DNA from: Lama guanicoe | Lineage: Eukaryota | NCBI GenBank assembly: GCA_013239625.1 | Contig: MU054212.1 | Coordinates: 9,968,898 to 10,032,897, forward strand | DNA: 64,000 bases | Reading direction: 5' to 3' | In this document: piece by piece, positions 39,206-52,734 of the stretch | Layout of the letters: each line of letters starts with the position of its first letter | Position numbering within the stretch: the first letter of the stretch is position 1 | Notes under the pieces: model-generated | What the model saw: the letters and a program-made list of their open reading frames with translations, nothing else | The model's database searches: none | What the model was told of the DNA's origin: nothing | Program-made: the position numbers and the translations under genes

Positions 39206-40076
39206 CCCTGATGCTGCCAGTTTCTCCTGCCATCAGCATCCAGATTCACTGTCTGAATAAGCATTACATATCAGTCATTTACATTTTAGTATGAATTCCA
39301 GCCCCACAGCTCCCTGTCTCAGACAATATGACTTTCTGCTCTAGCAGAGAGGACGTCTTTCCCTGTCAACAAGCAGGTGGAGAAGGTCTTCCAGGGAATC
39401 TGAGAAGACTGACTTTCAAAAGCACATATCCATGTTGAGGTGAGAAAAGAATATAAGAAGCAGTGGGAAGGCCTCTCCTTCGGTCCTTGGGTTTCTCATG
39501 AGGGAGTGAGCCAGCTGGCCTCCCCAGGCCCTCCCAGCTCCCAGTCACCACTGTCCACGGTATCTGACTCCACAGGGCTCAGTCACAAAGCTAGCAGCGT
39601 AGGTCAACTGTGGCAAACGGGACCGACCAGATTATTTCATTGTGTTTGTCTATTGAATTGAATATTTTTGATACGAAAAAAGTGACAACCTGTGGGAGGA
39701 GTAAATGAGAAAAACTCCACAAATTTTGTGACCTTGTTCCTCCTGTCACCGGCATGTGTTAATGCTTTGAGAATCTCTTCCTTGTCGTCAAGTGGCCTGC
39801 ATTCATCATACACTCATTACCTTATTAAGCTACAATAAATGCCTAGTTAAGTGCATACAGGCCATTTCTGTCCCAATTTAATTACCAGCACAGATAATTA
39901 GGCAACATGCTCCATCACCATTTTTATTCAATGGGTTTCTGGACTTTATTAAATAGTTCTGAGGAAGGACCGGTGAACCTAAAATGCTTGGTTATGAGAT
40001 AAGGAGAAAACCATTAACCAGAGCTGCCATTTATGGAGCGCCTACTGTGTGCCAGCACTTTATAGGAACCACCTCT

Positions 40077-40190
40077 GGGGGCTGGGGGGGAAGGGTGGCT
40101 CAGTGATAGAGTGTGTGCTTAGCATGCACAAGTTCCTGGGTTCAATCCCCAGTACCTCCATTAAAAATAAATAAAATGAATTAAAAAAAC
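40077..40190 (+). mobile_element. tRNA-derived camelid SINE (Vic-1-like) nested in a MIR
   Basis: ggctcagtgatagagtgtgtgcttagcatgcacaagttcctgggttcaatccccagtacctccattaaaaataaa; antisense MIR sequence on both sides. Confidence 0.9.
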
Positions 40191-41649
40191 AAGAAGCCAC
40201 CCCCAGATCCTCACAATGGCTCATTTAAGGACCTTGGGCTTGGAAAACATGTTCTAGAGTGCGCATGGTCACCTAGGGTGAGGGACACTCCTGCCTGCCC
40301 GTCCCGGTGGCAGCTGGGGCACTGTGGGAGGAAGCCCGGGTCTCTGCGCCTAGCGGATCCCCTCCCCTCAGAGCTTCAGCCGGAGAGCCCCCTCGAAGGT
40401 TCTTTGGAGTTGGTCCCAGCATCATATTTCCCAGAGGGATGTTTTTAGGAACCAGGGGGAAAGCTCAAATGCATCAACATTTGTCGTACGGCTGGAGAAA
40501 AACAAGTGAAATGCCATCATCACACTTGTGTGGCCCTAAAATTCTGCAGGACGTCAAATGCATCTGCTCATAGGAGACTCTGGATTTTCAGCCCTTAGCC
40601 ATCCCTGTGACCGTGGGAGAACGAATGACCTTAGGGGATGGATACTGACTGACAGCAGGGGGAATGAAGGTGCTGGGAGGTTGAGGCGGGGGAGCAGAGA
40701 GACACATTTCCAGACTTCAGAGTCCGGAGTGCTCCCTGGAAATGCCCAAATTGCCAGACCTCAAACTTGTCCTGAAACAGCATGATGGACGACCTCTGAA
40801 TAGAGAAGACTGGAAAATTTGTGGCAGGACTTGATTCAGGACACTTAGAAGCCCCAGGGCTTGTAATCTGACCATCACGTATTTGAATCCTTACCTGGTT
40901 ACCTAAAGGCTTTCTGTTTGGCTTCCTCTTTGTGAAAGGAACCTGGGCATAGCCCCCTCTTACCCCGGCAGTGAGGATTAAACGAGGCAACGTGTGCTGG
41001 GTCTGAAGTGACTCCCTCCTCCCTCCCAGTCCCCAAATGGGGGCTCGGTACACACAGGAGAGACACCAGTACACGCTCCCTGATTTCATTTGATAAAGCA
41101 CATGGTCCGGTGCAGTGTAGTGGGTTGCAAGGCCACTAAGCAAAGGTTTGGCACTTTCAAATTTTAAAGCATTTAAGAGAGTATCAGACACACATATGGG
41201 CCATTCATTAAATATAGTTGAATTGGTTAATGAATCATAGGATTCGCATTGATCACTTCATAATATGATCTATTATACAGTATTTCTAAAAATATGTTTA
41301 TTTCTTATCCATCAAATAGCAGTCTATTTCTGACTACTTATTTATTTATTTTCTTGTTTAATTTTTGCCGGGGAGGAGGAGGGATCTGTACACCTATGAG
41401 AGTAGGGGCCTGGTATAACTGGTCAACCATTGTGTTTCAAGTGTAACACAAGGTCGGTCACGTGCTAGACACTCAATGTGTATTTGTTGAATAAACACAC
41501 ATTTTTCCCCCCCTGGAATGGCAATTATGTAAAGGTCGTGAGATCTTCAGCTATTGGGAGAAAGGATGTACATATTTAAACATCTCACCTGAAGCCAAAC
41601 TGACAAGGTGGAGCCTGGAAAGGGACTGGGCTGTGCTTATGTCCACCGG

Positions 41650-43010
41650 GTATCACTTGCGCTCCGGGCCCTGGGGACGTACCCGTGAACCAATCAGACA
41701 AAAATCCTTGCGGGAGAGAGATGATTACACAAGATAATTATTTGGAGAGGAAACAAGCAGGAAAAGGGGATCGAAAGTGATGCGAATGTGTGGGAGTGGA
41801 AATTGCAATTCTAGACTGGGTCCCAGGGAAGATATCAGTTTATCAGGGGCCTTTTGAACAAACTCCCGAAGGAAATGAAGGAGCGAGCCACGCCGGTGTC
41901 TGGGAAAAGAACACTTCTGACTCAAGGAAGAGCAAGGGTGGAGACCGAGAGGTAGGAACACGTCTGGCACATGAAGAGTGAGGATGCTGACAGTAACAGG
42001 GTGGAGTGAGGGGAAGGGTAACAGGGTGGGATCCCAGCGGTAATAGGAGGCCGGATCACATAGGTTCCTGTAAGGACTTTGGCTTTTATCTGAGTAAGAT
42101 GGGGAGGCACTGGATTTTGAGTAGGTAAGTGACATAACCTACATTTCAGTTTAATGGGACCACTTGGACTTCTGCATTAAGACTGGACTAGGGGATGGAA
42201 AGGATAGGCTCAGACAGTTGGGCTTAGAGATAGTCCCGGAGGTACGGGGTGCTGGTAGTGTGGACCAGGGTCACAGCCGTGGAGCTGGGAAGGAGCAGTG
42301 ATAGCCTGGGTAGACTGTGAAGGCAGAATGAGCCGGATCCTCTGATTTTAGGAGAGGGGAGGTGCCAGGGAAAAAGCAGAGCCAAAGATGATTCCGATTT
42401 CTGACTCGAACCATAAGAAGGGTGGTGTTGCTGTTTCCTGAGCTGGGGGAGATTGTGGGAGAAGCACGTTTTGGGGAATCGGGGCATTTTTTAGGATTTC
42501 AGGTTTATACCTTTAATTCTGAACTGCCTTTTTAGTATCAACGTGAAGATGCCAAGTAGGTAGCTGGGTGTATGAAATGAGGATACAGTGAGGAGGTAGG
42601 GACTAGAGATGCACCAGTATTTAGGCACCATTCAACCACGAGACTTGGCTCCTGAGGTCACCAAGGGAATAACTGTAAACAGATAAGGAAAGCAACCCAG
42701 GGACTGACCCCTGGGGCTTACGAGAGAGTTGACGAGAAACCAGGAAAAAGAAAAATCAGTACGTGAGGGAGGAGGAAACCTATAAGAAATCCATTAGAAG
42801 AAGGCACTTCAAGGAGGTGGGAGGGATCAGCTGCCAGGGCTGTTGATCAGTCGGATAAGAGAGGACCGAGAAGCTATCATGCTTACTGTATTCAGCGAAG
42901 AGGAAGGATGAAGGCATGCGCATCCTTTTCAAGAGCATCTTTACAGGAATAGTGTGAATGAAATCTTGATTGATGTGTGTTCAAAAAATGAGGGGAGGAA
43001 TTAAGGGCAA
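41650..43010 (-). mobile_element. Long L2 fragment
   Basis: gtaaggactttggcttttatctgagtaagatggggaggcactgga...gatgattccgatttctgactcgaacca, typical antisense L2 body. Confidence 0.75.
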
Positions 43011-43029
43011 AGTTTTTGAGAGGTATGGA

Positions 43030-44260
43030 TGTAAACAACGGAAGTGCTACCATTGATTTTCCATGTGGAGATAAACCGGATCCTAATTTCACACCAAGAA
43101 GAAGTAAAAAGAGGTCATGTGGATGACAGACACAATGTGGAAAGCAAACTTTAATGCTTATGGAAGAGAATATAGAAGTATATCTTTATAATACAGGGGT
43201 AGGTAATGATTCTTTAAACAAGACATAGACAATGGAAGTCATAAAGAAAATAATCTTGTATTTTCTCACACTGAATGTTAAATCTGTACGACTGAAAACA
43301 CCACACACAGGGTTCAAAGACAAGCCACACACAGGAAGATGCTTGCAACAGCTTTAATCCAGAACAACAGCAACACAAGGGTAATCAGGGCATAAGAAGA
43401 AGTCCTGCAAACCAATAAGAAAAAGCTAAACAGCTGAACAGGAAAATGAGCTAAGGAAATGATCCAACCGTCAACGCACATAAAAGGAAGCCAAGGTAGC
43501 CAGTTCACATGAATAGGAGCATAATACATGCATTAGTGATGAATAAAAAGCATCATAAAAACAAATTCTTCTTTAAATTTGTCAGTTTAAAGGTTTAATA
43601 ATTCCAAGTCTTGGTGAAGATCTGGGGGCCAGGGATTTTTATCCTCTGTTTATAGGAGAATCAATAGGTAAAGATTTTGGAGAGCCATGTAGCAACGTGC
43701 CCTAAAGTCAAAAATACTTTGTGACCTCACAGTTCTACTACTTAGAATATACCTTAGAAAAACTCAGAGGTGGAAGTAGATGTCTGCGAGGGTAGCTTTT
43801 CCAGTATGACTTGCAGTCGCAAAAAAAAATTGAAAACAATATGCATGTCTATCAGTACGCAAGTGGATAAATTGTGTATTGTAAATTATACGTTCACCTA
43901 ATACACTTCCACATCCATCACAGTGAAGGGACTAGGTGGCTGGCATACATATGGATGATCTGAAACCTTAATATTGTGTAAAGAATGCAATACGTACAGA
44001 TGAAAAGCTTGCAGATAATGTCTGTGTTTTTATGGCTCCGCACATGCAGTGAGAGTTGAGTCCCAGGGAGAGAGTGACGTGGTTAGATCTGGGGGTGCAT
44101 CCAGGGGAGTGGGATTGGAGGGAGGCATAAAGGAAACTTCAGCTGTACCTGCAGCCATCTATTTCCTCAGAAAAAGAACTATCTTGAGGCAAATATGCCA
44201 ACATATTAATATCTATTAGATGTGGATGGTGAGACGACAAATGAAAGTTTTCTCTGAAAT
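43030..44260 (+). mobile_element. Old L1ME-type ORF2/3' fragment
   Basis: A-rich; atatctttataatacaggggtaggtaatgattctttaaacaagaca, aagtcctgcaaaccaataagaaaaag, cagttctactacttagaatatacc. Confidence 0.7.
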
Positions 44261-44527
44261 AGATCGTCATTTGGATAAAGATGTAGTGAGTGGATAAGTT
44301 ATAGAAATTTTAAAAGGAAACAACAGTGAAGAGAAGTGAGGAGTGTTTCACATCCGGACAATTCGGTCTTGTTCGTGCTTTCTCACAAAGGAGCAAGCTT
44401 GTGGTCCCCAAGCACCACCAGACAGGTACTAAATGACCCTTTATCGTAGGTACTGGTGAGGGGATTCTTGCTTCAGGTGAGCTCCTTTGAGATGACCTGG
44501 AACTTTCCTTATAAATTGAAAGTGCTT

Positions 44528-44698
44528 GGGGGAGGGTATAGCTCGGTGGTAGAGCACGTGCTTAAAGTGCACGAGGTCCTGGGTTCAATCCCCAGTACCT
44601 GCATTAAAAAATAAATAAATGAACCCAATTACCTCTCCCACGGTGGAAAAAAAAAGAGTTAAGTTAAAAAAAACACACACCAAAAGAAAAAAAAAAGT
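44528..44698 (+). mobile_element. tRNA-derived camelid SINE (Vic-1-like), long-tail form
   Basis: ggggagggtatagctcggtggtagagcacgtgcttaaagtgcacgaggtcctgggttcaatccccagtacc; TSD core AAAGTGCT at 44519-44526 and 44699-44706. Confidence 0.92.
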
Positions 44699-45983
44699 AA
44701 AGTGCTGGTAGTAAGTAGGTCTTTGGCCAAAGAACATCTGTGGATATTTTGGGTACGAATGTGACAGTGGCAGTGGGCATGACTCTGCGGGTGCTGTGGG
44801 GAAGCTGCCAGCCTGGAGTGGCCCGTGTGACTGTGAGAGAGGTGTCATTAGAATGCATGGGGACATGGAGAAGCAAAATCTCTGCGTTGGTCCCCTGCTC
44901 TCTCTGGTGACCAGACCCTCTGCCCTCTGTGGTTCCCTCCACAGTATCGTCTGCTGAACTCCATCCTCCCCACCCCCTGCTGTTTTCAGGTGCCGGGTTG
45001 TACAGACCTTCAGGTTATTCTCCATCAGGACTGTGTGTCACCAGGTGAGAAGGTTAAATAAAAGCAGCTGAGTTGGAGACAGGAAGCTGTCTGAGTTACT
45101 GGACGGAATCTATCAAGACTCTGATTGCAAAGGACAGAAAAGCACCTCAAACCAGCTTACTTTGAAAAGAAAGTGTATATATGTAGGAGGTGGTGGCAGG
45201 GGTGGGGTGGCCTCTTTTAGATCACATCATGAAACCAGAAGGAAAGGCAGATCTGGAATAGAGCCGGCCTTGGGCTTGGCGGCACTCGGGGTCGGACCTC
45301 ATCTGGGCCCTCCACCTCCTTTCTGTTGCTTGGGTGATGGCCAAACCAGCCTTCTCCTAAGGCAAGAATTATGGCTGCAGGCACATCCTGACTTACAGCC
45401 TGCCAGCCTCACTCTGGACAAGGAGGCAGAAGATGCAACTGGACCCAAAAGGTACCCCACGTGGGGCAGTGCAGCCCATGCATCTTTTCTTTTTTTGATC
45501 AATTCTGGACCTGGTTGTTACCAGACACTGGCTGTGAGACCGAATTTCTCTGCTTTAATTTCCTTTAGAAGGAAATCATGAAGGGGAATAGTAATATAAT
45601 ATCCCTCGTAAGGTTATTGGGATGATCCAGGCAAAGCATTTAAAACTGTACTGGGCTCAGAGCAAAGATGTTTTAAAAACTACAGTAAAGCCTTGGGCTG
45701 ATGGGATAAGGCTGGTGAAGGACCCTGATTGGCTGAGCCTGGTTGAGGATGCCCCACCCAGTGGTAGGAGGCTGCAGCCTGTTCCAGAAAGTGCTGGGTG
45801 GATCCCAAGGACGCCACAGGCCACAGGTGCTTGCTCAGGGTTTTCTTAGGCTGTATGTGTTCTCTTGGTTCTTAAAGAATGTTCAGGGCTCCAGTTTCAT
45901 TCTTGCCTCTAGTATCTGTGTATTCATTACTGGTTTTGGCATGTCTTCAGAGGGTCTGATGTACTGTTATCCTAAACTCTTTT

Positions 45984-46557
45984 TTTTTTTCTGATTAGCT
46001 TTCCTTTTTTTTTCCCCATCACTTTTTGAAAATTGAAGTATAGTCAGTTTACAAGGTTGTGTCAATTTCTGGTGTACAGCACAATGCTTTAGTCATACGT
46101 GAATATACACATATTCGTTTTCATATTCTTTTTCATTGTAAGCTACTACAAGATATCAAATATAGTTCCCTGTGCTATACAGTATTAACTTGTTTATCTA
46201 TTTTATATATAACAGTCAGTATCTTCAAATCTCAAGCTCCCAATTTATCCCTTCCCGCTCCCTTTCCCCCCGGTAACCAAGAGTGTGGTAACCCCCCTTT
46301 CTATGTCTGTGAGTCTGTTTCTGTTTTGTAGATGAGTTCATTAGTGTCCTCATTTTTCTTTTTTTTTTAGATTCCACATATGAGTGATATCATGTGGTAT
46401 TTTTCTTTCTCTTTCTGGCTTACTTCACGTAGAATGACAATCTCTAGTTCCACCCATGTTGCTGCAAATGGCATTATTTTATTATTTTTTATGGCTGAAT
46501 AGTATTTCATTGTATAAAGATACCACAACTTCTTTATCCTGCCTTCTGTCGATGGAC
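45984..46557 (-). mobile_element. 5'-truncated young L1 with extra 3' sequence
   Basis: Antisense L1 3'UTR; exact 13-bp TSD CCTAAACTCTTTT at 45971-45983 and 46558-46570. Confidence 0.93.
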
Positions 46558-46878
46558 CCTAAACTCTTTTGACCGGAGTGCACAGCTTGGTGGGTTCTGG
46601 CCCCTCACCTGCAGCCCTCAGTGATGGCTCCAACTGGCCCTGGATTCCATATTATTAGGACATCTCTGGTCCATGAGTCTCTTCTCCTAACCCTTCACAC
46701 TAGCTCCTAAAGGTTGGGGGCTGAGTGTTCTTTTAACTGTACACTCCTGGGAAGATGAAGCAAGAGGTGGGAAGGCATCACTTTTGCAGGGAACTCTGGG
46801 GAGAGAAGTCTGTACTCACCTAACCAGACGAGTACAGATGTATCTGCATCCCTGTGCTGAAAAGGACTGCAGGAAGAA

Positions 46879-47155
46879 CACAGACTATGGTTACTAAGGC
46901 GGAAATGGTGGGGAGGGATACATTAGGGGATGGGGATTAACAGACACGTGTTACTATATATAAAACAGAGAAACAACAAGGACCTACTTTATAGCACAGG
47001 GAATTATATTCAGTTTCTTGTAATAACCTACAATGGAAAAGCATCTGAAAAGAAAAAAACATATATGTATATGTATATCTGAATCACTTTGCTATACACC
47101 TGAAACAAACATTGTAAATCAACTACGCTGCAATAAAAAATTAAAAAAAATTGAA
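46879..47155 (+). mobile_element. L1 3' end (cetartiodactyl-type)
   Basis: aaacaacaaggacctactttatagcacagggaattatattcag...gaatcactttgctatacacctgaaac; TSD core GCAGGAAGAA at 46869-46878 and 47156-47165. Confidence 0.9.
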
Positions 47156-49011
47156 GCAGGAAGAAGGAAAAGAAGGAAACTCACCTGCAGTGATCATTTA
47201 CACTGCGCTTCCCCACCATCTTATTTAACTTGGCAAACAGCCTACATGAAAGGATGTAGGTTCCCATTTGCCAATAGAGAAATGAAAGCTCAGAGAAGAT
47301 AAGTAATTTGCTCGAAGTCATACACGGGAGAAGAAAGAGGAGAGGAAGATGAGGATGAGAATGAGGAAGTATGGTGGAGGCCACAGAGTATCCTTGACAT
47401 CAATTAATTTCTAATTATTTATGCAGTGTTCACTGAGTGCTAACTGTGTAAGGCTCAGAGGAAGGAGATTAGCCCACCTGCCCCCCCCCCCCAGGTCCCA
47501 TCTGGTGACTGGCCTCTGCAAGTCACACAAAACATAAAAGTAGATGTCCACTGTGTGGAACAGTTTGGCTTTGCAGAAGAACCCCACTTCCCTTAAATGT
47601 CTCTCTAGATGAGCACCCCCGTCTTCTAAAGCCAGGTTCCTGAATCCCAGCAAAGATGGAGGAGAAGGGTTGGACATTCCATTTTTCATTGAAATTCAAA
47701 CTTCTGTTTTGCAAGAACAAAGGTCAACTTCCAGGGACCAAGAACTATTATTTTGCTGAGAAAGCTGTTCTTGAGACTAAAGATGCTGACACTCCATGGG
47801 AAAAAAAGAAGAAAAAAATAAAGCCAAATTCATTCCTGGAAGCAAATTTGTAAAAAAAATATGCTTTTGCATTGTTAAGGTAGAATTTTCTCTCATCTTT
47901 TCTCCTACCCATTTTTCCCCCCATTTTCACCACCATGCATGTTCTTTGGGGGAAAGAGATGTAACTAGTCCCAGATTCAGTTAATGAAAAGCATATGAAG
48001 GAAAAAAAGCAACTCACCATCTTTGGTTGGGCCATGTGTTTTTCTCATCTCCTCCATTTAACCATGTAATCATGCCTAGAGCATGACCACTGTGGGAGCC
48101 AGGAGTACAGACTCTATGCACATCACAAATTAGCTGTTGACCTAAGGGGTTCACTTTTTTCTTCTGGGCCCTTTGCCTCAGTTTTCCCATCTGTGAAGTG
48201 ACTCTTAAGTGGTTTTCCAACCAATTTTTGGAGCAGCTTCTTTGGGGTCCCCTGAGGGACAGGGAAAGAGGCAGAGAGTGAACCCTCATCACTGCTTCAA
48301 GCAGAGCAGATGTGCTTCTGTCTGTTTGATAAATGGATGCTTTCTGATAAGATTTCACTTGAAGAAAGGGTTATTCCCATCTGTCCCTTCCACCGCAACA
48401 TCTCATGGCTTTGGGTCACCAAACTGAGTGCCTCTAACACATCTGGATGTGTCGCTACTCCGAAACAGATGCTCCTTCCTCAACTGAAGTCATCACCAAA
48501 GGCTACATGGGGGGCTTCAGGCTTGGGCTTCAGAAAATGGAGGGAGCCTCACGGTTCAGAGCAATCCTTGGAAAGCCTTAGGGAAGAGGTGGAGATGGGA
48601 CTGTCAGAGCCAATTTGATGACACGAATTGAATCCCCACCTTGGCCAGCTTAGTCACAATTGCAGCCCAGCTAGCATGACGTGAAGGATTTTAGGAATTC
48701 CACTCCACCCCAGACAATGTCTTACCCTGCCCACCAAGGTCAGATGATTGAGCTGCCACTGGTGGGAGGTGAGCTTACCACTTTCAGTTTTAATCTCATT
48801 GAGTGTGTTAACAGCCCTGTGGTTGGGTCCCTTGAGAGTAAAGCACACATGTGCTCTTTTCTAGGGGCTGGATAACCAAGAACGGGGGTTTCCAGGGGTA
48901 CCTGCGCTCGTAGGATATTCTGGGGTGTGGGAGACAACTGACAAAAAGATGCCTAAAGTGGACATTGCCCCAGTTTACTGGTCCCTTCCATATAGCCAAG
49001 TTTCAGCAGTC

Positions 49012-49600
49012 AGAGAATCATGGAATCACTAACAGAGAGGCCCCTGGGACATGTTCTCCAGCCTGTGACCAACGCTGAATGCTGTCCTGATAGTGACACT
49101 GATTGTGCCAACAGTCTTGGTGGAACAGAACTCACCAGCTCACAATCCATTTATGGAGCATTCTGGCTAAACAACAAGTTCTTCCTTCCATTGACTTAAA
49201 ACTTTAAGTATTTCAGTTGTTTTCACCCTTTGTCCTGGGAGCTACGCAGAATTAACCCACTGCTCCTCCCAAAACAGTGGACCAAGGGTCTTAAAGGGGA
49301 ACATCTATCATGTCCCCCTTGGCTGTGTTCTTCCATCTCATGTGGCTTTTCTACTCTAGTTAAACATTCCCGTTTTCTTTCATTTTCTCTCACCTCCCTG
49401 CCTTGAGCCTGGATGCACTTCTCTTGGGTTGTCAGGGTCCCCTCTTAAGTTCCAAGCCCAGAGCTGAGCAAACAGCACAGAGTGCAGGGAACACCGGCCC
49501 TTCCTCTGCTCCGCTGCGGGGGCCGATGTGCCGGCTATGCTTTGCTCACCCAAGGCTCCGTTAACTTGTCTCTGGCAACTGCATTTAACTGTTGTTAGGT
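49012..49600 (-). mobile_element. L3/CR1 LINE 3' fragment
   Basis: agaatcatggaatc tail, gaactcaccagctc, aagttcttccttccattga, ctatcatgtcccc, typical of antisense CR1/L3. Confidence 0.6.
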
Positions 49601-49703
49601 TTGTACTCGAGAAATTTCTCAGTCTTCCTTTACGTGAATGGCTTTTAAATGAGTTTTCTCTAATCGTGTTCTTAAGGGTTGATGTTTTTATTTAGATGGA
49701 AGC

Positions 49704-50095
49704 TGTAATGGTTAGTTTTATGTGTCAACTTGACTGGGCCATGAAGCACCCAGATATTTGGTTAAATATTATGTCTGGGTGCGTCTGTGAGAGCCTTTCT
49801 GGAAAACATTAGCATTTGAGTTGGTGGGCTGAGCAAAGTAGGCTGCCATCTCTGCTGTAGGTGGGCACCGTCCAATCTGCTGAAGGCCTGAATAGAACCT
49901 AAAGGTAGAGGAGGGTGCAGTCCCTCTCCTCCTGTCCTTGGCCTTCTTGGTTCTCAGGTCTTCAGGCGACACCACTGGTTTTCCTGGGTCTCCAGACTGT
50001 AGTCAGCAGGCTGCAGGATAATGAGCCAATATCTTATAATAAATTAAAAATGTCTCCTGTTGCTTCTTTTTCTGTGGAGAGCCCTGACGGATACA
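49704..50095. mobile_element. ERVL solo LTR, MLT2-like
   Basis: tgtaatggttagttttatgtgtcaacttgactgggcca...cccagatatttggttaaa...ctgtggagagccctgacggataca. Confidence 0.88.
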
Positions 50096-51660
50096 GATCT
50101 CTCTCTGTTTTCTGCTGCTAATCTTAGTATTGTTAATTGTCAGTCAGTATCTTCAGTTTGGGGTACACAACCTGCTCATTGCCTGGATTCATTTCAGGCA
50201 GATGTCCGAGGAGCTCACTTTCTGTGAATTCGCTCTGGTTGCCATACCCTGGGCACCAGAGCAGTGTCTGGCCCAGCGCAGGCCCTCAGTGAGTCACTGG
50301 TGGGGAGATAAATGGATGAGAGACTGTTTGACCCTTTCATCTTGACCCAGATGAATGCTTGGGCCAAAAAGAGCCATTATGAGCCACCTCCAGCAATCTG
50401 TGTAGCCATGGATCCTTCTTGTACCCCTGGACTATATGCCTTCCCATTTCTCTATGTTATCTTCAAGAATATCATGAGCTATCTTGTTAAATCACTTATA
50501 AAAAATAAGATATGCTTTATCAAAGAAGAAAATAAGACTGTTTTAAAGATAACTTCTCTATGGCTACCTTCTAACAGAAGAGAGTCCAACTGCTTTCTCC
50601 ACCCTGGGGTAGAGTTTCAGTCTGAGCTCAAAGATTTGAACTTGTTTAAATGGGCTGAATATTAAAATTCTAATTAAATGCACATACACAGACATACACA
50701 GACGCAGAATGATAGAGAAACATGACTAGTATTTAATAGTGTTCACACTGGACAGTGGCTTGTGCACGTTTATCATTTTCTCCTTTCTCTTTTATTCTAG
50801 TTGTTTTATTATGGGTATGAATTACCCATTTTTATATCAAGACACAGGGATTTTTATAAAGTAGATATGTGCTTTTACCACCATTCTTTTACTTATTTTG
50901 GGCTTCAGTTCCTTCTTAGTTACGTTATTTTACCTTTCAAGTTAAAGTTTATTAACCTTGTCAGAGGAAATAGAACAAAATGGAAAGTTAGGGATTGAGA
51001 TTTCTCACTCCTATCTCGTAACCTGATATTATCTTCCCAAAGCAGTGCATTTACCCCCACCCTGCCTCTCTGTCTTTAAAACCACTCCTGCTGTTTTTGT
51101 GGAATTTTAAAATATTTTTAGTCTCCTCCAAGCTGTAGATGTCCTGATGCCATTTATATAGGTTCTGTGGATTTATAAGAGACATAGGTTATATGTGTGT
51201 GTGTGTGTGTGTATACATGAAAATGGTCAAAAGAGATAGTTATGTTCATGAGGTCTTATAGGAGATCTAGGAAAAGCTGTGGTCTATAACTTCAGAAGGC
51301 ACCCAGATTAATTGGGTGGTAGGACTTTTGTATAGGGAGCGACAGTGGACCATCCAGCAATGTGCAGTCAAGTCTGAGGTCACATAAGCAAAGTCTACAT
51401 TTTCCCAAGAAAGCATGATAAAACCCAAGGAAAGAAATATTAAACCCTAAGGCCATCATGAGAATATTTTGGAGAGGATGGAAGGTCTTTTCCTAATATC
51501 CTGATGAGGTAGAAGAAATAGCTTGGTTATTCTGACCTGTTATATGAAGAAATGGAGTCACAGAGAAAATGTCTTCATTGGTCAAATATTCCACAGTGGC
51601 ACATGTGGAACTAGAGAATTCAGGATTCCTAGGGTAGAACTATTGCCACCTCTCTCTTTC

Positions 51661-51699
51661 ACACACACACACACACACACACACGCACGCACACACACA
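51661..51699. repeat. (CA)n microsatellite; a (TG)n also lies at ~51194-51212
   Basis: Read directly from the sequence. Confidence 0.95.
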
Positions 51700-52359
51700 G
51701 CCTCTACTCCCACTGCATCCCAGTTCTGCTGCTTCCCTTTCAAGTTTGGTGCCCTCCTGCCAGACGTTGTCACCTGTCCTTTCTCAGATGGCCTTGGTAA
51801 AGTTACACAGCCGAGCCCAGCAGGCGCCTGCCCCAGGCCAAACAAACAAACAGAAGAGAAATCTTTCAGGCTGGGCACCAGGGAAAAGTGATCTTGATGC
51901 CGGCCGTGGCATGAGCCGAGGCAATTGATGACTTGGCATTCTGTCTCCGAGTCATCAATCATACAGAATCAATCTCGGCTCCCTCAGGAGCTGGCCCCTG
52001 GGCTCACATAATTCTCTCTCCCTGCCACCAACCTGAACAGTCTGATCCCAGTGGTGGGAACTGTTTTGTTCCGCGTTCAGCATTGATTCACTTGGCCTTC
52101 AGTAGTATTTTCTACATTCCCCAGAAATGTCACTTAATTTATCCTCTCCGAGGTGGCTAAGTTGCCTGGGCCTCACTGCATCAAATGGGGGCAGGCGAGC
52201 AGAGAAACGTGTCTGGCTTTTTGCATCAAAGGCTCTGCCTTGGGCCCTTAGACCTGAAAATCGGGACTCCGGCTCTTAGACTCCTGTGCTCTTCTCTGAG
52301 GGTGGGGCAGGGGGTCAAGCACGGGGGACATGTCACGTCCCATGGCCCCGAGTTGTTTT

Positions 52360-52560
52360 CACGGGCTCTGCCACTTCTGAGCTGCATGATCTTGAATGTG
52401 TTATTTGATCACTTTATGCCTCAGTTTCCTCATCTGTTAAATCGTTTAAAGAATAGCACCTACCTCTTGGAGTTGTAGGATTAAATTAGATCGGGGTTTA
52501 AGTGCTTAGCGTAGTACAGGGCAGAAGTGATCAATAAGTGTGAGGTACTAATATTATAAT
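52360..52560 (+). mobile_element. MIR SINE
   Basis: ggctctgccacttctgagctg...tgcctcagtttcctcatctgttaaa...aatagcacctacctc...ggattaaattaga. Confidence 0.85.
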
Positions 52561-52734
52561 TATTAGGACACAATTAGGATTTGTAGGGTTGGCCGTACAT
52601 ATTTTAAAGTTGGTGACCATGAGGGAAAAGTCCTTGAGAATGTGGTCTGTTCAGGAAGAAATACTCTTCTAATTTGTCTCATAACCCAGCACCTGGCCAG
52701 CACTCACTTACTTCAATATCTGCAAATATGAGCC

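Noticed and set aside
44528..44600. tRNA-like sequence with A and B boxes (also at 30621, 35850, 40077)
   Set aside because: SINE heads with A-rich tails and TSDs, not tRNA genes
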